From Epiperipatus broadwayi (Eukaryota > Animalia > Onychophora), in the NCBI GenBank assembly GCA_028023455.1, contig JAQFVV010000003.1:11222001-11286000 (forward strand): DNA of 64,000 nucleotides, written 5' to 3'. The translations under genes were made by a program, and so were the position numbers. The notes under the pieces are model-generated. The model saw only the letters and a list, made by a program, of their open reading frames with translations. It was not told where the DNA came from and did not search any database. The stretch's first letter is position 1. The number at the start of each line of letters is the position of its first letter. This document shows positions 1 to 12,469 of the stretch, piece by piece.

Positions 1-402
1 TCCTTCATTTCTCTTTTTAATCCACAAAATACTTATTGCAAAACTGCTACAAAAAGCTTTGAAAATATAAAATCATCCTGTAATAAACTTTTCTCAATGC
101 CAATCTCAGGGTCACCACATAATCTAAGAACTGATGTTGCAATTTGATAAATATTTTTCAGAATATGACAATATCCTGGATCTATATTTTGATGAATCAA
201 TATTTAAATCAACATGGAAGTAATTATATAATAAAATAATTTTTCATCATTTACAAATCTAAAGCATATTGGCAACTTTTATTCACTGGCACTTTTTATA
301 ATTTCTTTCAACACTTGGATGTGATCTGTTGTGCTGAAACAACTTATTAAAATCAGCTTGTTCCAAAATTCACAAGAGATTTATTATAATTATCTAACTA
401 AA

Positions 403-959
403 ACACACAGTCTTATTATATACCTGTGTCTATATATGTAATATATAGGATATATGAGCACAGACTTTCACACAACCCACCACTCTCCACACTATCTCAT
501 AACACTGATACACTTGAACACATATATGTTGAAAAGATAAATAATCACCAATATATGTATTTCATGCTAAACCAGCAATCATCAGTTGGTACAGATTACC
601 ATCTCTACACATATATGCTATAAGTACTCAGATATATATTAAGATAGCCAATCCTCATACTTTAATTGACAGGCTTAAATCTACTCCACACTCCAACTCT
701 TCAACTGTCCATCCAATTGAAAATCTGATGATGGAATGCTCAAAGGCCACCCTGAGGCTGAGATTCTTGTCACACCCATGTTGACCTAAGGCCAATCTGA
801 CCCCTTATGTACAGGACATAATCCATTTAATACATATACAAGGGATGGGCAGACATCTCTACTATGTAATAACTGAAACACACGTGTTCAAGTGTATCAG
901 AGTTATGAGAGTGTGGAGAATGGTGGGTTGTGTGAAAGTCTGTGCTCATATACCCTATA
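403..959 (-). mobile_element. Non-autonomous insert with ~80-bp inverted repeats and an 18-bp TSD; possibly Penelope-derived
   Basis: Direct repeat tataattatctaa(c/g)taaa at 385-402 and 960-977, corresponding to one site in the RTE host. Inverted repeats at ~441-521 and ~884-963. Hammerhead-like core at 552-615 on the minus strand (strand assignment rests on this core). Confidence 0.7.
552..615 (-). ncRNA. Degenerate hammerhead-ribozyme-like motif
   Basis: Minus strand reads tatatgtGTA-gaga-tggta(atctg)tacca-a-CTGATGA-t-tgct(ggttt)agca-t-GAAA-tacatata. Stems II and III pair; the stem I junction is imperfect. Confidence 0.4.
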
Positions 960-1914
960 TATAATTATCTAAGTAAAGATTTTTATATAGAACTTATAGA
1001 AAACTAACAAATCGTCTGTTATTTCTAATATATTTTTTATCATCTTTCTTAAGTATTAATATTGGTATTGCATTCTTCCAATCAACTGGTACATCTCTAT
1101 GGATTTAGATATTTGGTATATAGTTTTCCAATAATTTTTTATATTTTTTCATCTATTTCTTTTATGATAACAATAATAATTCTGTCATTTCCTGGAGCTT
1201 TTCCCTTCTTTACAGAATGAATTGCATGTATTATATGTTCATGTAAAATGCTTGGCAATTCAGAAGATATAGGAATTATTTTAGTCTTTAATTCAATTTT
1301 TTGTTCTTTATTACTATACAATTATTTGTACAATTTTTCCATCCATTTTATATATAATTTAGTAATAGTTACCACTTTTTTCTTTTGGTATCATTATTAT
1401 TATCTCTTTTTTTTTATATCATTTTATAAAACTCTAGAGATTCAAATATTTGTAATAAATCATTTTAAAACATTTTCATATACTTTCTTTTCATCAAACT
1501 TAATTAAAAATGTAGTGCTAAATTTGTGCCAGCTATCTTTGTTGCAATTCTAATAGATTATTGGTTATCTTCTTATTGACCTCAAGTTTGGACCAACTTC
1601 AAAATCTGTCAATATTTAAAATAATTAGAGAGTTCTTATTTAAATTAATTGAAGTAGTTCTCTGAAGGTCAGAAATATCAATTGTTAATACTGTTTTTCC
1701 AATGGGTTTTGTTTCTCTAGTTTTTATAACTTACATCTCACTAATCAATGATTACTTCCTGCATTGAATCTATAAAGAATATTATAATTTTGAAATATAT
1801 ATTTTTGATAGAATATAATCCATCTTACTGTTATCATGCCATGTCTATTTCCATTTAGAACTTTTGCTTAAAGAGAGAATTCATAATATATACTTTTCTG
1901 AAAATTTGATAATT

Positions 1915-2088
1915 AAAACAGGCAAAACTGTCCATACAGTAGTGCTACTCAGTGCAAGTCAGAGTAATCAATGGATCCCAAAAGGCTTATGCATAAAATC
2001 ACTATCTAGTGCCTACTCATCCAATATCCCCAGACTAGTTTTTAGCTTGTGGCTTTCATCAGAAATAAAAAATGGTGATCATGTGATG
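1915..2088 (-). mobile_element. Hairpin-ended short retroposon, copy A (one arm largely deleted)
   Basis: 13-bp TSD aaatttgataatt (1902-1914, 2089-2101). Homologous to 54238-54482. The RTE APE frame rejoins across the insert. Strand inferred from the fixed versus variable ends. Confidence 0.75.
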
Positions 2089-2949
2089 AAATTTGATAAT
2101 TCTATATTCTCTCTCACCCATTTCTGTCATCAAAAAAGATTTACTCACAAAATTTTCATCTTTAAATCATTTTTCAATTCTAGAATTAGTTTCCCATGTC
2201 AATTTTATAATATTAATAATGTTTGCTGCAATTAAAAGCACTTTGTACATCTACATAAAAATCTTTTACTTCATCACAATGAAAAATGTTGGGGTATTAT
2301 ATGGATTTGGTATCTTGGATTAACTTGAATAACTAATCCTGTCACTTTTTCTGATATATCATCAATCTCCACAATGTTGCATTCCACTTTTTCTTTATAA
2401 TGTATTCCACATTTGCATTTTGTGCTTTTATATAAAGTACATGTCTAATTTTTAAATAAAACTATCTTTTGATCTTTTCGTCCAACTTCACAAAGACCAA
2501 TAATGTCCCATCTAATTGTAGCAGCTCTTCTTCCATTTCATGTAATCTTCCATCATTCAAAAGTGTTGTGTAATTGTAAGTAATTAAATAAAAGGTTATC
2601 ATCAAATTATAGCCTGGATTTACAATCAGGGGATTACTAGCACTTTCCTTTTTCTACAACTAACTGCTGCCTTAACTTACAATGTGCATCCTTCTGGGAA
2701 TAAATGCCATAATTTAGTTTTGACTGTCATGATTGTAAATATCTAATTACAAAATCATTCATCTACACAACATTCATATTGCCCTTAAAAATAATAAACA
2801 TTTCATTCTATTAAGAGCATTTATTTGCTTCTAAAGAAAAGATTAAATTTGTTTCAGTTAAACAATAATTAGATGAGCAATGTTTTGAATCTAGAAGGTA
2901 ATATTCATAGTGCACAAACCTGTCAGCTGAGATTAATTCAAAGAAAAAC

Positions 2950-3880
2950 ACAAAATGTGATAACTGATAGGAAATGTGTAAATTAGTTGATTTATATAGC
3001 TCACTTTTGGAATAAAGCAATATATGAATCTTTTTTGTTTACTGACAGTTATTGTTAGCAATAAACCATGCTTCTTCAAATTTTCTTTTCCAATCATTGC
3101 ATTCTGCATATTCTATTTTAATATTCTGTGGATTGAAATTATGACCAGATTTCACTTCAAACTCCAGAAATGCAGACTTCACACTGGGATCTTTCTTTGC
3201 ACAGTTGTACATATACTTATGCTGCACTAGTCTGATGGTGGTGTTAGAAAGTCCTCATAATAGACAACTGTACAAGCAGGCTTTTTGAAACTGATCTTGT
3301 AAACAATATGGAGAACCTAGTCTTGGAAGCAACTTGTCCTTCATGTTATTTAGGATCTTGTTTAAGTTTGTGGGGGGGGGGGTTCTGAAGCTGACATTAA
3401 ATACATCAGAACATACATTCAATGTTATGATTACTCAGGCATGATAAGAAAACTTATCCACTTACTAGTATTCATAAAATCTGGAGGGCAGGAATTTTTT
3501 CTTGAGTAGGATGCTTTATGTGTTCTAAGTAAGCTGTCATAAATATAATCTATATTTATTAGGGCTTTAATACAGCTTTCAATGTTATTTTTCCAATCCA
3601 TTTCAAACTTACATAATTTTTGAGTTCAGTTAAAAACCATCAGGCTACTCTAAAGAAAGACCATAGTATTTTTTGATCTTCAAGTCAGAGATAAAAAGTC
3701 AATAAATTTGTAACATTACCTGCAATGTGTTGGTGAGTATACATAAAAAGTTTGCATATTTTAACTATCAGATCTGAATCATGATTTATGAACCTTGATC
3801 TCCAGAATTCACTATTGCATCACTGCTTTAATCCAAGCAGGAAGTATTCTTTTGATTTATTGTTTTAATAACTACAATAT
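2950..3880 (-). mobile_element. Penelope-like element remnant (RT thumb + GIY-YIG)
   Basis: Minus-strand fragments IVYKIS..AC..Y, TIRLVQHKY and ORF 3039-3227 (SAFLEFEVKSGHNF..KRKFEEAWFIANN) match the GIY-YIG C-terminus of PLEs. Confidence 0.65.
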
Positions 3881-4211
3881 AAAAATTTTGTGCTGATGTA
3901 GTATATTCTATATTTTAATGTGTTATAATAACAATAAAAAATAATTATTTATTTCAATTTTCAGCAGAATTTAGGTTTATAATATGGGGGTAAAGTTTTA
4001 TGACTGAAAATTGAAAAATTCATAAATCTAAAAAGAAAACTTTGAAATAAGGGATTTTAAAGATAATCTATTTGTATTTAGATATGTAGCACCTTCTTGT
4101 TAAATTCCCTGTCCCAGTGCTTAAGATCTGATTGGTTACTATAGTCACAAGTGCTTGAGAAATTTGCACTCTCTCAATTTAATTTTAATTAGTTGTTGTA
4201 TACTGACTAAA

Positions 4212-4828
4212 TGTATATATTATTAAGAAAATTGCATGTGTGTATACACGATAGTCAGTATAGACAGTCTTAAAGCATTCCAGAAATGATATGCAAAAAA
4301 AGAAAGTTAGTTCACTGCAAGAAGCAACAGACTAATCTACATGTAACAAATCCTAACCTTATGCAAAATAGCAAAGTTGATAATAATGCCTGCAGAACTT
4401 CAAATGGTGTTCAGTCAATTCAGTTCAGTTAGTGATGTCTAGAGATATAGTAATGCGAAGAGAGAAAAAAAAGCCAAGATCTGAAAGTGGATAAGAAAAA
4501 CTCTAAGTGTAGAGTAAACCAGTGTTAGGAGTAAAGAAGAGCTCTAGTCATAATCTGATTAAACTATCCCAAGAAATGTGTATGAACAGTAAGGGGCTTA
4601 CAGAACTGTGATTTTAAAGAGTCTTTTATATATTAACTATCTACAGAGAAATGAACTGTTATGTGATATAGATTGATTGGTTCTGTATTTAACTAACAAA
4701 AAGTCAGTCAATTTACTAATTCTATCTACTAATAATATTGTTATTCAGAGTAAATAAACTCTTGAATTTATTGCTAAACTTTATGTGTTTGTTTGTTTCT
4801 TTAAACAAATATAATTATCCAGCTGTCA
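4212..4828 (+). repeat. Possible solo LTR inserted in a Gypsy integrase remnant
   Basis: Starts TGT, ends TGTCA, has AATAAA at ~4755 and abuts the integrase reading. No TSD found; the left boundary is uncertain. Confidence 0.3.
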
Positions 4829-4829
4829 G

Positions 4830-5450
4830 AATATAGTTCACCCTGGATATATTATGTGTAGCCAAACTAGGCATGTAATGAAGATACTATTTAATGGGTA
4901 GCCTCACTGTCTGTTGGCAAGCTTGACAACTTCTTACAGTTTTTTCAATATCATTGTTTATGTTTGTCCACCAAATGTACCAATAAGCAAATTCTTTGAT
5001 ACATAAAATTTCTATATGTCTTTTGTATAGCACCTGTAGAACACTCTTCTTCCCATCAGATGGAATCATTATTCAATCTGTCAGAAGAATATACTCATGG
5101 CAGGTTGATAAGTTTTTCCAGGCATTTCAAATTGCCAGAGATGAATTATCTGTTTGTTTAAATAGTCATCCATTTTTTATCTTATTCTTTATGGCATTGT
5201 ATTCTTTATTCCTTTTACTCTAGTCTGCTACAGTTTTGTTGTTGACCATTTTGGATTTCAACTTGTGGTGGAAATTTATTTCAGACATTTATTTTTACCG
5301 TAGCAGTTTTAACATGTCTGACACTTATTTCTCAAACATTGACAATTTTTGCTGCTCTTCCTCTTGCTTTTACTACTTGATGGTAAATCAATTTTAGACA
5401 TTTGATGTTTGTTATTGCAAACCAATCATAATGAAAGAACAAAAGCACAT
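4830..5450 (-). mobile_element. Ty3/Gypsy integrase zinc-binding (H2C2) remnant
   Basis: ORF 4887-5069 IPS..KKSVLQVLYKRHIEILCIKEFAYWYIWWTNINNDIEKTVRSCQACQ matches the Gypsy consensus IP..LR..VL..LH.GH.GI..MK..AR.YVWWP.ID.DIE..VRSC..CQ. Confidence 0.7.
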
Positions 5451-6579
5451 CCTTATTGAAATAGAACATAAATATATTTAAATATTTATTATATTAAATT
5501 GAATTTTTTAAAAAATAGAAGAAATTTGATTAATAATCCAGTCATAAAGTACAGTTCAGTTATAACCTAAACATATAATTGTATTTCAATAATAAATTAA
5601 TGCAGCATTTCATTAATAAATTAATATTAAAAATCTTTTGATTTATACTTTCCTTCACGATTTCTTGTATTTTTTTTATATATATATTTCATTTAGAGGG
5701 ATAGTTTAATTAATGGTGTTTCTCTTTTTTTTTTTACAATAATCATTTCCAAATACTGTTTTGTGCTATAATAAAAATGTTTTCATACTCAATATCTTTA
5801 AACTGTTTATTGTTATAGAGTGTTAACATCGGGATTCATTGATTCATACATGCATTCCTTAACAGGATTGAGAAATTTTTACTTTTAGTCATAAAAGACA
5901 TTTTTGATGGTGAAAGATCTATTTTAATAGTACTTGTTTCCAAGTTTAATGAAAAGAATTTCATTAGATATTGGAATTCAATTTAGTAAATTTTTTCGTT
6001 TAATTTCCAATATCTTCTAAACAATAAGTTATAATTTTTTGTGAACATTGATAATTATTTTTTTAAAAATTAAATAATTCCATTTAAGTAATACTCTTCT
6101 AAATATATATATATGTGTGTGTTTTTATTAATCCATATTCTTATTATTAATTTAATTTACAATACAAAAGATGGTTTGTTTTTTCTTCATCCAATATATT
6201 TTGGGGCTAAAAACTGTGTTAACTTGCAAAATATTTTTTTCTTTCTAAAAAAATTAGTTTTAAAAATATAATCGCTTCTCATTGCAATATTTAAATAATA
6301 TATCAAAGAAGATGAGATTTAATAAGGTTTTTTTCACAAAACAATTTCATTAAAAATCAAGCCTATCTGGATTTCTTATCATTCACTTCCCCTTTGATCA
6401 AAACTAAAACTTTACATAAATATTAAAAAATAAATAAAAGCATTTTCTACAGTTAAATTACAATACTTGAAAAACTATTCCATCATCTAAAAGCTTTTCA
6501 AACACACACACAAACAGAAATCTCTTTAAAATAAAATAAAAATTTGAATAAAATAACAGACAATAAGTAATCTGATTTA

Positions 6580-6815
6580 TCCACAAGTTTCTCAGGGTAT
6601 TTTTGAGGCTTTCCAGAAAGATTCATCCTCAATCCTTTTTTGTTCTGAATTTGTTTTTCAAAATGTTATTGCCTCTTTATATTTTATTTTTATTTTTTCC
6701 CAGTATTCGCCCATAAACTTAACAGCGTTCCATCTGCATTTAGAAAATACTATTGATAATTTATTATCTTCTCCCAAATTCGCATTTTCAACTGTGCCTT
6801 AATTAGCTCATCTCT
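6580..6815 (-). mobile_element. Decayed non-LTR RT 3' fragment
   Basis: Loose match to the LINE C-terminal pattern RDEL..I.EKI..W; many stops. Confidence 0.3.
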
Positions 6816-7399
6816 TGTTTATAATTTGTATATATATATTTTATTTTAATAAATGATCGATACTAGCACCAAAAATGTGTACTTCGTCATACATATCTAA
6901 TTTCTGATCTTGACTAATGAACCAAACATTGTTAATAAACATTTCAGTACCCCTTTAATTACTTGATTGCTCAATCAATGCAAAATGGCTGAGAAATTTA
7001 ATAAGTTAAGAGATGCTGAAATGTTTATTAATAGTGTTTAGTTCATTAGTCAAAACCAGAAATTACATATAGTGTTGGGAAAAAATGTTGTATATTATAT
7101 ATATAAATAAACCTTAATACTCAAAAATTATTTTATTCTCTACTTTTATTTTTTGAATGCAAAGCAATATAAAGAAAAAAAGATTATATTTATGATGCAC
7201 TGCACATAAAAATTGACACTATATATGAATTTCAAAGTATATAGATAATCAATCTTAATAAGTAAATTTAAAAAAACATTTATATGAGAAGTGGCACTGA
7301 GCTGCCCATTTCCAATTCAATCTTATTACTCTACTCACAAAAAATTTAACATGATTCTAAAAAATGAAAAAGTCTGTTATAAACATTATTCAGTATGTT

Positions 7400-8140
7400 A
7401 CAAAAATATTATAACAATTTTTTTTAGATATGATAAAGAAAACCAAAGTAGAAACTTATACAAATATTATTAAGGTTATTCATGGTGGGAATACAATGAA
7501 GAAATCCAGATTTCATAACAAATACAGATTCAAGATTACTGGAGAAAAAAAAAACAATTTTAGATATGCTGAAGATATGACAATTATAAGCAAAAGTAAC
7601 AATTATCAGGAAGTTAAAAAAAGCAGAGTAAAAAGATAGGATGACATATAAAGATTATGCCAACAGATGACTTTAAGATTAATTATGATGGTATAAAAAT
7701 GTCCTTTGTGATTTAGGGCAATGGTAAAGTGTCAGGTTCTTGAATGTAAGATTCCAGATATGGTACTTCTGGCACTTGAACTCTCAAGCAATGAAGTTTT
7801 TTTGATTACTTATTTACCTTAGAATATAAAAGTCATGGAAGGTTTTGCTTCCTTGGACCATTACAATTAACAAAACAGAAATTCATAACACATAAAAATG
7901 TTCTGGAAAAGATCTCTAAAAGTAGAAATATAACTTTAAAACAAAAATCACATTAAAGAGATAAAAAATGTTAATACTTTTGAACTGTGATGCTGATGTG
8001 GAGTTTTGAAAATACCATAGATAGTAAAAAAAAAAAAGAAAGAAATGACTACTAAATCAGATTAAACTGGAATTCTTATCTTTGAAACTGACAAATAGAC
8101 TGCATTATCACAATAATGAAAGGCTCATTAAAACCAAACA
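7400..8140 (+). mobile_element. RTE/BovB-like LINE 3' remnant
   Basis: ORF 7430-7639 KITGEKKNNFRYAEDMTIIS resembles RNINNLRYADDTTLIA. Downstream are SRNITLKTK and FEL.C..LKIP-like fragments. Confidence 0.6.
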
Positions 8141-9499
8141 GATGGTATTCATTCAAATGATTTCCGGAAGCCAATATCAACATGACAGACATACTAAATA
8201 ATAAACTCAATAGATGGCACTGTTCTTTTCAGATTCAAATTAAATAAATTTATTTATTATGACTACAATCGTACAACCAATATTCTTTAATTTTTTAGTA
8301 ATAACTTTTATAGATTAAAAATGGATAATAACAATCAATTATAATTTTATTAAAATACATTAATTGAAAATCATATTCCCCACCTCCAGACTAAATCTTA
8401 ACTTCTTATTACAGAAGCATCATTATTTTTATTTTATTCATTTAAAAAAAAATCGAAATGCAAACAATTTCATCTCTCAGAAATCTATTAAATATCTAAA
8501 GACATGATATCAGTAGTCGATAAACAATGTGTTTATATAACATTTTTGATCTATTATATTGTTTGCCTTTGAGTTTTAAGTACTTTTACATTTTATATCA
8601 ATAAGCTTTTTATACATATAAACAAGCAAACAAAAAAATGCTAAAATACATTTATAAAAAATAAGTAGATATTTCAGTTTGAAATCAAGACTGATCTATT
8701 ATAAAAAATTTAAAAGCAAATGCCTTTAAATGCAGTCAATCAATATTAGATGGAAATAATTCAGAAAAATTACAATAGTATATTGCAATATAATACCATT
8801 ATTTATAAAAGCAATTAATAAAATCATGTCTGTGTTATGTTTATAAATGATTTTCCAGTTTTGATACATGATATATAGATATAATATCAGATTCTAAGAT
8901 ACATTAATTGTAAAAAGTAAAGATCCAAATGTGATTTTTTTTTTTTTTAATTAAACATTATAAGCATGTAGGTAATGTAAGATAATACAAAAAAATTAAG
9001 ATAATAAAACTTATGATAATTACAATCTATGTTGAAAAGAGAGTATTGTACAAAGAGGAATATTAGACAAATAAAATAATTACTAAGCTTTAATAGTAAA
9101 TAAAATAAAAATAATATTAATGAAAAACATAAAACTCCAAGTAATGACTAATATTTCTGTAGCATAATTTTCACTACACCATTAATCTTTAATTTAATGA
9201 ATAACAAAACTCCAAGTAGTTTCATGGATATCTCAGGTGAATACTTCCTGTGCCTATTTTTATTTTCCCCAAATTTAATGAGTAACAATGATTTACATTT
9301 CTTCCATGTTGGATTAAAAGCAAAATGATACATCAGAAATCAAATGAAAAAATTCGAAGAAATATTTTTATAAATAGTATATAAATAGACTTCATTAATA
9401 TTTCATGTTTGAATCCCTAAATTACAACACAATGTATATTATTTCATATAAAATCATAAATTTAATTAACTATAAATGCTGTGAGGGGGGGTAAATAGG

Positions 9500-10250
9500 T
9501 TTGTTGGTATGACATTACTATGATATATTTCAATCACCTCAACAGTCATCATCAGACTCTAGAAATATTTTGGTAACATATAGGATGTAAAGTGCATGTG
9601 TATATTTATGGTTAATGATAAAAATAGTATAAATATCCCACTGGAGAGCAAATATCTCTCCAATAACCCTATACCAAAAGAAAAGGCATTATTTCTCAAG
9701 CTATTCATTCACTAATTGATAAGAATTTTAATGTTTTCCACTTCTAGTTATCAAAGATCAATAATTAACTAATAATATTAGTTAACTATGGTTCAGCTAC
9801 CTCAAAAAATATTTTTGGCTTTCTTGACATTTCTTAGATGCTTGGAAATATCTCCAAGATCCACCTAAATTTGAACCAAAGGTTATGCACACAAAGACCA
9901 GTATTTTTATTTCTACCCTATAAGTCTTTTCATACAGATATATGTCAACATGTCTATATTTTATGTTAATATATTTGAAATTTCCGTATTTCTATACATT
10001 GTCAAAGATTGATAGGGACAGTCAAAATACATCATGTAAAATAAAATCAATAAGCATGTTTTTGAAAAAGCTGAAGGGTATTGAAAATTCATATATTTAT
10101 CATTCTAGTCAGACTTCAAGTATCTTTAGCAAACTTTGATATAATGATCATATATTTTCCAAAGGTTTTGGTAAAGAGTGTTAGAAAAAAATCAATATAC
10201 TCTTGATAATCAACAATGTGATTTTTCCATTTCTCTCCATTAATCCTTAA
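9500..10250 (-). mobile_element. Heavily decayed Penelope-like GIY-YIG/3' remnant with a degenerate hammerhead core
   Basis: Weak GIY-YIG-like fragments at 9850-10000. The minus strand at ~9525-9556 reads CTGATGA-tgac-tgttgag-gtga-tt-GAAA, at the position expected for a PLE terminal ribozyme. Confidence 0.35.
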
Positions 10251-11050
10251 TAGAAATTGTAAAATTATTTCATATTCAAGATTTTCTTATAAATTTAAGA
10301 TCTCAGCATTATAAAATCTAAGGAAAGATGATGGGCTGCTATTCAACATATACTACATCACATTTCATGTTTCTATAACAAAGTAATGCTTTACTACATT
10401 TCAAAGTAGGAAAAAATAAATTACAAATTTACTTACTGTAGTAAATGCATTTTTACAAATATAATTGTAAAAGAAAACAATTGATGATACTTATTTAGTA
10501 AATGAAATTTTAAGCATGATAGTCAGTGAAAATATTTATTTGTATAAATATAATTAGGAAAAAAAAAGATTGATAAAAAATTAATAAGTACTCAACTAAA
10601 GTGTTTCTTAAAATTACCCATCATAAATGATCTAGATGTGATTGGAAGAATTGTTGATTTATATCTCTCGTTTTTTGAAAAATAATATTTTCTGCTTCTA
10701 ATCAAGATTATTTAATGTACGTATATTGTAAATAAATTTCTTATTAATTAACTTCTTCTGTAATTACGATTGTATAAATAAATATGTTCAATGTATATCA
10801 AACTAAATTTCTTAATGATATTTTTTTTTAACTCAAAAATATTGAACATAAGATATAGCACCCTCTAGACAGAATTCTTATATATTTACAGATCAAATAA
10901 AATATGTTATAAATTAATTATTGTAATAATAATAAATAAACACTAAAATATTAATAGTGACATAAAATATTCATAATAACTATTATAAACATCCAAAAAT
11001 ATTTTCAATTACTTACATAATCATTTTTAACTGGAAACCTATAAATTTAA

Positions 11051-11109
11051 ATAAGGCAAAACAACAGTCATAAGCAAGTATAAGAAATGGTGATCATGTG
11101 ATGTTTATT
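11051..11109 (-). mobile_element. Hairpin-ended short retroposon, copy B (hairpin skipped)
   Basis: 15-bp TSD aacctataaatttaa (11036-11050, 11110-11124). The left end taaggcaaaac is fused directly to the tail aacagtcataagcaagtataagaaatggtgatcatgtgatg. Confidence 0.75.
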
Positions 11110-11249
11110 AACCTATAAATTTAATGACAGTAAACATCATCATGTGAAACTGCAAGATTTATAAATTTTAACACCATCACTTTGACTATTAATTTAAAAC
11201 ATTATATTTCTGTTTATCAAAATTGCTTCTTTGATTTTCCTCTTTATCA

Positions 11250-12360
11250 TGGTTTCTTTTTGCCAAAGAATTCTAGTGTTTTCAGGTTGAAAGTGAAAAT
11301 AAATTGGCTTAATTAAAGACATACTGTTACAGATTTTTTGGAAATAGTTATGAATTTATAGTATTGCTACATAATAATGTTGATCCACTTATTATATCCA
11401 TGCAGATAACCAATCAGAAAGTGACCTTGTTGATATTTATGAGAGGCATTAAGCTCCAATGTTTCCAGTGTGGCATTTACAGACATTTAGCTGAAAACTG
11501 TCTCAATACGAAATATAAGGATTGTGACATGATTAATACACCCAGAGACCAATGCACTCTAAGTAAACCACAAATTGATACAGATATTATTGTCATAACC
11601 TTTGAAAAAAAAAATTCCATAAATAATCAAAAATCAATCCTATAAGGAAAATAATAACTTCAAAGAAAAACAAAATGAGGATTGTGCTCAAGTAACTCAA
11701 CAATATCCATTACTATAAACCTATAATCAAAACATTAATAGAGGTAAATAACATTTTAACCCCATGTAATCCAAAAGTATTAACAATTACAAATACTGAA
11801 GAGGATTATGCTGCAAGTAATCCAACAATGTCCATTACTATAAACATATAAACAAAAGACTAGTGTAAATGATAGCTTAATACCCTGTAATCCAAAAGTA
11901 TTAACAATTACAAATACTGAAGAGTAAAAGAAAAGTGGATTATCCATGGAGAATGAATCTGAAGCCAAAGAAGCTGACTGCAATTGAAGAAACCAGAAAA
12001 TATGAAGATATTTCTTTAAAAATAGGAAACTCAAAAAAAGTTAAAAAAAAAATTATGAATATGGATGAGGAATTTGCATATATCTCTGAAGATGACATAG
12101 CAGACTTGAAAATAGTATGGTACATCTCCCAATAAATCATGGTAGCTCATACACCGTCACTTGTTAGCATTGGTTATACACATACTAATAATATAATACA
12201 ATAATGCATTTTAAAAATAGACAAAATTATTTAGATTTTCCACTAAAAGTTAAAATTACAGATAGAATATTAAATACTCTGAAAAAACTTGAGCAGAATC
12301 AAACCACTATGAAAAGATATAACCATATAGATATATTCTCAAAAGTACTGAATTAACTTT
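11250..12360 (+). mobile_element. LINE ORF1 (gag-like) remnant with CCHC zinc knuckle
   Basis: ORF 11364-11645 contains CFQCGIYRHLAENC (CX2CX4HX4C) followed by a decayed second knuckle. Confidence 0.55.
11677..11924 (+). repeat. Two-copy ~124-bp tandem repeat within the ORF1 remnant
   Basis: gaggatt.tgct..caagtaa..caacaat.tccattactataaac...tgtaatccaaaagtattaacaattacaaatactgaagag starts at 11677 and again at 11801. Confidence 0.85.
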
Positions 12361-12469
12361 CAGCGAATTCTCATCAAATTAATTAACTAACTATGCTGGG
12401 AGCAGCATGAATATATAGTTTATAAAATATGCAAATTATTGCAGTGAGAAATATAAACTGTAAATGTTT

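Larger units (their letters stand above)
1..2590 (-). mobile_element. Old RTE-clade LINE (APE endonuclease + N-terminal RT), decayed and split by two insertions; runs off the window start
   Basis: Colinear nucleotide similarity to the RTE at 34740-36190 (e.g. taatccacaaaatactt, gacaatatcctggatctata, cctggagcttttcc). The minus strand gives APE N-terminal IRWDIIGLCEVGRK at ~2470-2520 and KGKAPGNDRII in ORF 1139-1321. Confidence 0.85.

Noticed and set aside
2030-2070. CTGATGA-aagc-cacaa-gct on the minus strand of hairpin-family copy A
   Set aside because: GAAA is absent in this copy, CTGATGA is absent in copy D, and there is no valid NUH in either.
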